The notes beneath the pieces are model-generated. The model was not told the origin of the DNA. It saw only the letters and a list, made by a program, of their open reading frames with translations, and made no database searches. 32,000 bases of DNA from the NCBI RefSeq assembly GCF_000179635.2, contig NC_014825.1, positions 150,001 to 182,000 on the forward strand, written 5' to 3'. Positions 25,815 to 32,000 of this stretch are shown here, one piece after another. Position 1 is the stretch's first letter. Every line of letters begins with the position of its first letter. Source of the stretch: Ruminococcus albus 7 = DSM 20455. Lineage in GTDB: Bacteria > Bacillota > Clostridia > Oscillospirales > Ruminococcaceae. Made by a program: the position numbers and the translations under genes.

Positions 25815-27313
25815 ACCTCTTTTCTCTTTGAGCGTTTCAATGATTTTATCATTTCAAAACAAGTTGGGTTGATTATTAGATTCATGAGCGTTCCTATTGC
25901 CCCTATCACAAGAGTCAAAACAATGCCAGCAAGCAAAAATGTAGGAATATTTGCAATCTCAAAGTCTATAACCTTATCTAGGATAACAACTATGATAAAT
26001 AATAGTATGTTAGATCCAATGATAGTAATAGACTTTCTATAAGATCTATGCATAACCTTCTTGTCACTGATATAAGTTGTATAGATGATTTTAAGAGGAA
26101 GCGCAATAACAGTTGCAAACAGAACACCCACAATTCCAAATTTAAGAACAAGAATGATAGACAGCGTAATGTTAGTTATTGCTTCAATAAGTGAAATACG
26201 ACTCGTTGGTTTTGCATAGCCGGCTACACCTGTCAAGTTTCCTTGAATGTATCGACTCCATGAAAGAATCTGAACTAAACAAAACATGATAGGTAATTCC
26301 GAGTAAAGATAATTGACATCGGCAATACTACGCGTATACATAGTAATGAAAGGAATTGTTAGGACATACGCAACAGACATTAGTATGGTCATAGAACCGA
26401 TAAATACAGACATAAACGCATCATGAACCTTTTCATATACAGATAGTCCTTCATGATACTTCACTCCTAAAGTGTAATTGATGCTGGAATATATAGCATT
26501 TAATAGCGTGTTTATACTCACAAAGACCATATTATAAACTGAATATACACTTGACAAAGTGGTGCTGACAAATACAGAAAGAACAATTAAGTCTGTTGAT
26601 GAGAATATTGTCCATGCAATTTCTGTAATGATATAGGAATTCCTGTCATTCAGTTTTGCAGTTTTGGGTGCAGCCTTCTCATTGATCCAAGCGTAATTCT
26701 TCCTGAAATAATAGCGATAGAAAGCCACTTTTCCAATCGTTAAAAGTAAATAGCAAGCCTGTAAAATAACAATGCTAATGCCATTTAAAGCTAGTATAAT
26801 TCTGATTATATAGGACAAAACCTTATAAACCAGATCAGTAATACCATTAATGTATTCCTTTCCATCCGTATTAAGCGTAACTTTAACCGTTTGAACATAA
26901 TAAAATGAAAGAACAGAAGAAGCGCCTTCCAACAGAATGACAAGGAATATTGTCTTATAATCAACTTCTGTCTTTAATACAATCGGTGCTACAACAGCCA
27001 ATGTACAAACTGCCAAGCCATAGATTAATGTCAGTTTTCTATAATAATTCATAGCTGCTGAAACAATAAACGATACACCATCATGGTCATTATCATGAAT
27101 AGGCTTATATAATGCATTTCTCGCAGCTTGTCCAATTCCAGCTTCGAGTAGTGCCATATAGGTGAATATTTGCGTTAAAGTGGTGAGCAAGCCGTTTATG
27201 TCAGAGCCATAACTCGATATAAAGATTCTTGGTACGATTAATCCAAGAATCATGGTAATGAACTGCCCTACAAAACCTATAGTTGCATTCTTTAATAAAT
27301 TTTTCTTATTCAT
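25811..27313 (-). CDS. Polysaccharide flippase (Wzx-like, MOP superfamily)
   Basis: A 500-aa polytopic membrane protein (many hydrophobic segments) inside a glycan locus. The N-terminal 'LLKNATIGFVGQFITMILGLIVPRIFI' is typical of the family. Confidence 0.65.
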   Translation of the reverse strand: MNKKNLLKNATIGFVGQFITMILGLIVPRIFISSYGSDINGLLTTLTQIFTYMALLEAGIGQAARNALYKPIHDNDHDGVSFIVSAAMNYYRKLTLIYGLAVCTLAVVAPIVLKTEVDYKTIFLVILLEGASSVLSFYYVQTVKVTLNTDGKEYINGITDLVYKVLSYIIRIILALNGISIVILQACYLLLTIGKVAFYRYYFRKNYAWINEKAAPKTAKLNDRNSYIITEIAWTIFSSTDLIVLSVFVSTTLSSVYSVYNMVFVSINTLLNAIYSSINYTLGVKYHEGLSVYEKVHDAFMSVFIGSMTILMSVAYVLTIPFITMYTRSIADVNYLYSELPIMFCLVQILSWSRYIQGNLTGVAGYAKPTSRISLIEAITNITLSIILVLKFGIVGVLFATVIALPLKIIYTTYISDKKVMHRSYRKSITIIGSNILLFIIVVILDKVIDFEIANIPTFLLAGIVLTLVIGAIGTLMNLIINPTCFEMIKSLKRSKRKEV

Positions 27314-27326
27314 CTTAGTTCAGTCA

Positions 27327-28570
27327 TCAATTGCTTTTCAACTCTTGTAGAAGTAACTCTTTAGATGTCTCTACATAATTAATAAGCCTTTCGTAATTAA
27401 CCTTATTGGGGTCGATATAAATCATTCCGTTTTCGCTATAATTGTAATTAATTTCGTTTAATAAATCACATATTCTGTCTTTTAAATCATTAGTTCCGTT
27501 AAAAATCACCGGCTTTTTATAGATTAAGCCAAAGGCAAAGGCATGAAATGAATTTGTAACAATGACTTTAGTTTCATAAATTAAGCTGAGAAATTCGCTC
27601 GGTCCAACATCATTTCTTATATCAATCAAATTACTAGTTGACCTATTTTGGCAGGTTGGATGAATACCAATAATTCTGAGATTCTTTTCGGAAGCAATTT
27701 TGATTGCTTGTTCATCCAACTCTTTATCAGAGCGCAATAAATAATATAATATAAAACATGGTTATCCCTTTAACACACCATTAAAAAGTGCTATATAACA
27801 ATGAATCATCGTGTTGATGTTATCCTTCCCCCGCCGCAGGCGGGGGAAGGATAACCGCCGAGTATTTCTAGTTCTTATATTACACCAAATTAATTGGTGT
27901 GTAAACGGGATAATCAGAATATAAAATTATCCTCTTTTACATTCTCGTTCTGAAAATTTAACCATTCATCTAATGATAGCAAAAAAACAGGATCGATTAC
28001 TAAATCCGAGTTTATATGTGATAGATTTAAAATATTTACGCCAAATCTCTCACGAACACTTACCCACGAAAACAAGGGGAGATATTTTTTTATATTCTCA
28101 GATATTTCATTAGATATTCTTTTATTGCCAAAACTAGCAGCATATGAAATACTCATTTTTTCTGAATCTACAAAAGAAAGAAAATATGGAGAAGAATCGT
28201 TAAGGAAGGCATCATTCCAAACCTGATCGCTACCTGTAATAAAGCAGTCAAAATCACTGTTTAATAATCCCAGCTTATCCTTGGTGACATTATCCGTAAT
28301 AGTAAGATTGTTAATTACAAAATTATCAAACAGGGCATACTGTCTCTTTCGCTTAAAAAACAGCTTGGCTTTCCCCAGTATTTCTCCTTTACTTCGAGAA
28401 TCAAATGGATTCAAGGAATACTCGTGATGCAACTCAGGAGGATAATAATTAATGATTTTTACATTATATGAATTGTTTGTTAAAAAATTAGACAGCGCTA
28501 ACGCTTGTAATACAGCACCATAATTGTATGCAAAATGAAAAGTTATGATGCCAATCCTATTTATCAACAT
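27327..28570 (-). pseudogene. Polysaccharide pyruvyl transferase, interrupted by a 161-bp MITE
   Basis: The N-terminal part 27914-28570 ('IGIITFHFAYNYGAVLQALAL') and the C-terminal part 27327-27737 are in frame once 27757-27926 is deleted (...EDNFILYYLLRSDKE...). Confidence 0.85.
27757..27917. mobile_element. MITE-like non-autonomous element (161 bp) with imperfect ~25-bp TIRs and an internal perfect hairpin
   Basis: 9-bp TSD AATATAAAA at 27748-27756 and 27918-27926. TIRs are GGTTATCCCTTTAACACACCATTAA (27760-27784) and the reverse complement of 27890-27915, GATTATCCCGTTTACACACCAATTAA. The internal stem is 17 bp with a 3-nt loop (27819-27855). Confidence 0.85.
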
Positions 28571-29735
28571 ATGTTACTCCTCCATTATTTACTGAAAGTA
28601 TCTCTCTATAGTAATCATAAATTGATGAAGCTGATTTCTCAATACTATACAAACTAATGGCAATTTCTATCGGATTTTTCATAAAATTCAAAACATCCAT
28701 GTCGTTCATTTTTGATATTTCAGTCATATACTCTGCCATTTGAGAAATACTATCATATAGAAAGCCGCCTTTTGTTTTTTCTAAAATCTCCTTTGTTCCA
28801 GCGGTATTTCTCCCAATAACTGGGCAGCCTAACATATTCGCCTCTGCAGTCATCATTCCAAAACCCTCATTATACGACCCAACTATCAAGGCTTTGGCGG
28901 ATAACATAAATGGTTTGATATCCTTTTGAAAACCTATAAACTGAACCCTGCTTATAATTCCATAGTCTTCACACTTTTGTTTAATCATATCAATATATCC
29001 ATCGTCACCAAATCCCGCAATCTTAAGAATAAATTCACTGTTATTTTTACAAAATATAGCGAACGCATCTATAACGTCAGTTATGCCTTTTTCAGGCGAT
29101 ATTCTATTAGCAACTAGGAAATACTTCATCTTTTCTTTTGTTTCAATTTTACATTCATTCTTAAAGAATAGTGCATCATATATAACCTTTGATTTAATAT
29201 TGTTTTCTAAGCCGAAATATTTTTGCATATCATATGTTATTATAACCGTATATGATTCTCGAAACATCTCTTTAACTTTTTTTTCGGAAGGATACAACCT
29301 CCTGTGAAAATCCAATGTTTGATATTCTCTTATATGCCATAGATGCGGAATACCAAGTCTTTTAGCTAACAAGTAGCCCTCCTGAATCACACCAGTATTA
29401 GTATGAATCAAATCCGGTTTTTGCGTTTTAATCACTCTTTTTATGTCTTTTTCACTTTTTATTCTTCTATAAGATAGTACAGTTTTTCTATATAATTCTC
29501 GTAATACAGAACCTTTTTTTTCAGTTAAACACAACGGATTCATATTACAACGTTGATATTTTACACCTAACTGATTCAATCTTTCAATAATTTCTACATT
29601 TCCAGAATTTTGATTATCATAAGGGATTATTACAAAGGGCTCAATATCTTTTTTTTTCAGTTCAGATAACAAGTTTAAAAAAGTTATTGTCGCTCCTCCC
29701 ATCACTGTTGAATGCAATAAGAAAAGGATTTTCAT
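28557..29735 (-). CDS. Glycosyltransferase family 4 (GT-B, retaining)
   Basis: 'MKILFLLHSTVMGGATITFLNL' at the N-terminus and a C-terminal E-x7-E region 'EGFGMMTAEANMLGCPVIGRNTAGTKEIL'. Confidence 0.85.
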   Translation of the reverse strand: MKILFLLHSTVMGGATITFLNLLSELKKKDIEPFVIIPYDNQNSGNVEIIERLNQLGVKYQRCNMNPLCLTEKKGSVLRELYRKTVLSYRRIKSEKDIKRVIKTQKPDLIHTNTGVIQEGYLLAKRLGIPHLWHIREYQTLDFHRRLYPSEKKVKEMFRESYTVIITYDMQKYFGLENNIKSKVIYDALFFKNECKIETKEKMKYFLVANRISPEKGITDVIDAFAIFCKNNSEFILKIAGFGDDGYIDMIKQKCEDYGIISRVQFIGFQKDIKPFMLSAKALIVGSYNEGFGMMTAEANMLGCPVIGRNTAGTKEILEKTKGGFLYDSISQMAEYMTEISKMNDMDVLNFMKNPIEIAISLYSIEKSASSIYDYYREILSVNNGGVTYVDK

Positions 29736-29791
29736 ATCTTCACCACCATATTTTTTTCTTCGGCAATAAAATACCGAAATAAGCGTCCGTT

Positions 29792-30682
29792 TTACGCTTC
29801 GATATACCTTCCATTCAGTACATCCATAAGGTATCTTCCATACTGGTTCTTCATAAGTTCCTTTGCATCTGCCATCAGTTCTTTTTTAGAGATCCATCCA
29901 TTGAGGTATGCAATTTCTTCAAGGCAAGCGATCTTTCTGTGCTGATGATCTTCAATTGTCTTTACGAAATTCGTAGCCTCAACGAGAGACTCATGTGTAC
30001 CTGTATCAAGCCATGTAAAGCCCTGTCCGAGAAGTTCAACATTGAGTTTACCGCTTTCAAGATAAATACGGTTGAGGTCGGTAATTTCCAGCTCACCTCT
30101 TGCAGAAGGCTTGAGGGACTTAGCATACTCTACTACCTTTTCGTCATAGAAGTAAAGACCTGTTACGCAGTAGTTTGACTTTGGATGCTCAGGCTTTTCC
30201 TCTATTGAAACAGCCTTGCCGTTTCCGTCAAATTCAACGATACCGAAACGTTCTGGATCGTCAACATAATACCCGAATACTGTTGCACCATTGCCATTTT
30301 CAGCGTTCTCAACTGCCTTTTTCAGACGCTTCACAAGTCCGTGACCTGAGAAAATATTATCACCGAGAACCATAGCACATGGCTCGCCCTTTGTGAATTC
30401 TTCACCGATCAGAAATGCCTGTGCAAGTCCGTCAGGTGATGGCTGCACCTTGTACTGTAAGTTTATTCCAAACTGATGTCCATCACCGAGAAGGTCCTCA
30501 AATCTGGGAGTATCCTGCGGTGTGGAAATTATGAGTATATCACGTATCCCTGCTTGCATAAGCACTGACAGCGGATAGTATATCATCGGCTTGTCATAAA
30601 TGGGGAGAAGCTGCTTTGATGTTACCTTTGTTAGCGGATAGAGTCGTGTACCACTTCCACCTGCAAGAACGATTCCTTTCAT
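29792..30682 (-). CDS. rfbA: Glucose-1-phosphate thymidylyltransferase
   Basis: '[18 protein letters not shown]', '[17 protein letters not shown]', 'LGDNIF' and '[10 protein letters not shown]'. Confidence 0.95.
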   Translation of the reverse strand: MKGIVLAGGSGTRLYPLTKVTSKQLLPIYDKPMIYYPLSVLMQAGIRDILIISTPQDTPRFEDLLGDGHQFGINLQYKVQPSPDGLAQAFLIGEEFTKGEPCAMVLGDNIFSGHGLVKRLKKAVENAENGNGATVFGYYVDDPERFGIVEFDGNGKAVSIEEKPEHPKSNYCVTGLYFYDEKVVEYAKSLKPSARGELEITDLNRIYLESGKLNVELLGQGFTWLDTGTHESLVEATNFVKTIEDHQHRKIACLEEIAYLNGWISKKELMADAKELMKNQYGRYLMDVLNGRYIEA

Positions 30683-30692
30683 TTTGACCTCC

Positions 30693-31277
30693 TCAGAGCG
30701 TTATGCCCTCTTTTTCACAGTATTCATTGAACGAAAGATTCTTTGTATCCTTTTCTGAAAGATTCAGGTCAGCATCTGTCATACCCTCAGGCATTTCCCA
30801 TTCGATACCGATTGTCGGATCATTCCACATCAAACCACCTTCATCATTAGGATACCAGAAGTCCGTAACCTTGTAGCAGAATTCAGCCTCGTCACTGAGT
30901 ACGATGAAGCCGTGAGCGAAATTCTTCGGGATAAGGAACTGCTTCTTGTTTTCTTCGGTCAGCTTAATGCCAAACCACTTGCCAAAAGTTTTGCTACCTT
31001 TTCTAAGGTCAACAGCAACATCAAATACCTCGCCCCTTATTACTCTGACAAGCTTATCCTGCGGATGGTTGAACTGATAGTGAAGTCCTCTCAGAACGCC
31101 CTTTGTGGAGCTTGACTGATTGTCCTGAACAAATGTGTAGTTCAGTCCCTCAGCTTCCATGTCCTTCTGATTGTATGTCTCCATGAAGTAACCACGATTG
31201 TCACCATGGACGGCAGGCTCAATAACACACAGCCCTTCGATACCACCAACATTTTTCTGAACTTTTATCTGTCCCAT
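30693..31277 (-). CDS. rfbC: dTDP-4-dehydrorhamnose 3,5-epimerase
   Basis: '[11 protein letters not shown]', '[18 protein letters not shown]', '[18 protein letters not shown]' and '[16 protein letters not shown]'. The start is taken at ATG 31277 (MGQIKV), which overlaps the rfbD stop (TAATG). The longer ORF to 31319 is unlikely. Confidence 0.92.
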   Translation of the reverse strand: MGQIKVQKNVGGIEGLCVIEPAVHGDNRGYFMETYNQKDMEAEGLNYTFVQDNQSSSTKGVLRGLHYQFNHPQDKLVRVIRGEVFDVAVDLRKGSKTFGKWFGIKLTEENKKQFLIPKNFAHGFIVLSDEAEFCYKVTDFWYPNDEGGLMWNDPTIGIEWEMPEGMTDADLNLSEKDTKNLSFNEYCEKEGITL

Positions 31278-32000
31278 TATTCTAACTCCTTTACATATCT
31301 TGCAACTGCATCCTGCCATGTTGGAAGCGGCTTAAATCCTGCTTCAACCAGCTTTGACTTATCAAGTCGGCTGTTGAATGGTCTTGCAGCCTTTGAGAGT
31401 CCATACTCGGCTGTAGTAACCGGTATGACTTTAGTGGACATTCCTGCTGCTTTGTATATCTCTTTAGTAAAATCATACCAGCTGATATAGCCGCCTTCGT
31501 TTGTTGCATGGTAATAGCCATATTTCTCGGTTTCTATCATATCAACGAGCAGCCTTGCAAGATCAAAAGTATATGTAGGTGTACCGATCTGATCGTTTAC
31601 AACCCTTACTTCATCATGTGTCTTGCCGACATTTATCATAGTCTTGATGAAGTTCTTGCCGTTCTTGCCGAATACCCAGGCAATACGTACAATGAAGTAC
31701 TTTTCAAGGGTATTTGCAACCGCAAGCTCTCCGTCAAGCTTAGTCTGACCATATACATTCATTGGTGCATAGTCCTTGCAATCCGGAATCCAAGGCTCGG
31801 TTCCCTGACCGTTGAACACATAGTCAGTGCTGATGTAGACCATTTTTGCATTGATCTTCTTGCAGATATCAGCGATATTCTGCGTACCGTCAACATTTAT
31901 TGCCTTGACCTTCGGCTTATTCTCCTCGTCCTCAGCAGCATCTACTGCTGTCCATGCAGCACAGTGGATAACAACATCACACTTGGAGTTGGAGATAACA
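31277..32000 (-). CDS. rfbD: dTDP-4-dehydrorhamnose reductase, 5' end outside the window
   Basis: The frame stays open upstream of the listed Met to the window edge (...CDVVIHCAAWTAVDAAEDEE...INVDGTQNIADICKKINAKMVYISTDYVFNG...). 'YGQTKLDGE' holds the catalytic YxxxK. Confidence 0.9.
   Translation of the reverse strand, partial: VISNSKCDVVIHCAAWTAVDAAEDEENKPKVKAINVDGTQNIADICKKINAKMVYISTDYVFNGQGTEPWIPDCKDYAPMNVYGQTKLDGELAVANTLEKYFIVRIAWVFGKNGKNFIKTMINVGKTHDEVRVVNDQIGTPTYTFDLARLLVDMIETEKYGYYHATNEGGYISWYDFTKEIYKAAGMSTKVIPVTTAEYGLSKAARPFNSRLDKSKLVEAGFKPLPTWQDAVARYVKELE

Noticed and set aside
31277-31319. Extended start of rfbC (MAGCSCKICKGVRI...)
   Set aside because: The extension overlaps the rfbD 3' end. 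The conserved RmlC N-terminus begins at MGQIKV, with a TAATG stop/start overlap.

Overview
The window looks like a low-GC Gram-positive (Clostridia-like) chromosome, judged only from gene content and not verifiable here. It has three blocks. (1) nt 1-6981 is the 3' ~7 kb of a giant surface-protein gene with GLUG-like beta-helix repeats; its 5' end lies outside the window. (2) nt ~7000-21613 is an accessory region full of mobile-element debris. It opens with a translationally coupled two-gene cassette (7373-8798). The cassette encodes a small protein that carries only the ABC-signature half of an ATPase, plus a Walker-A/Walker-B ATPase with a Toprim-like C-terminal domain. Nine copies of a 12-bp iteron-like repeat bracket and follow it. 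Next comes an IS66-family element (9295-15028) whose tnpC is split by a second, different IS66 element (10271-13274, exact 8-bp TSD). Then comes an IS21-family element (15351-21613, minus strand) whose istA is split by a three-tyrosine-recombinase RIT-type element (17386-20839) with lox/FRT-like core sites. Neither outer IS has a target-site duplication, and both abut unrelated truncated genes, so the region is a rearrangement scar. (3) nt 21614-32000 is a minus-strand polysaccharide (EPS/CPS-like) locus: rmlD, rmlC, rmlA, a GT4 glycosyltransferase, a pyruvyl transferase disrupted by a 161-bp MITE with a 9-bp TSD, a Wzx-like flippase, an FrhB-like/4Fe-4S pair, ugd, a small hypothetical, a HAD hydrolase and a truncated XRE-type regulator. 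No rRNA, tRNA or CRISPR array was seen. The best candidate for an undescribed system is the 7373-8798 pair, a possible miniaturised, split OLD/PARIS-like ATPase-Toprim module. The RIT element's site architecture is the second most interesting item. All domain calls rest on motifs read by eye, not on searches.
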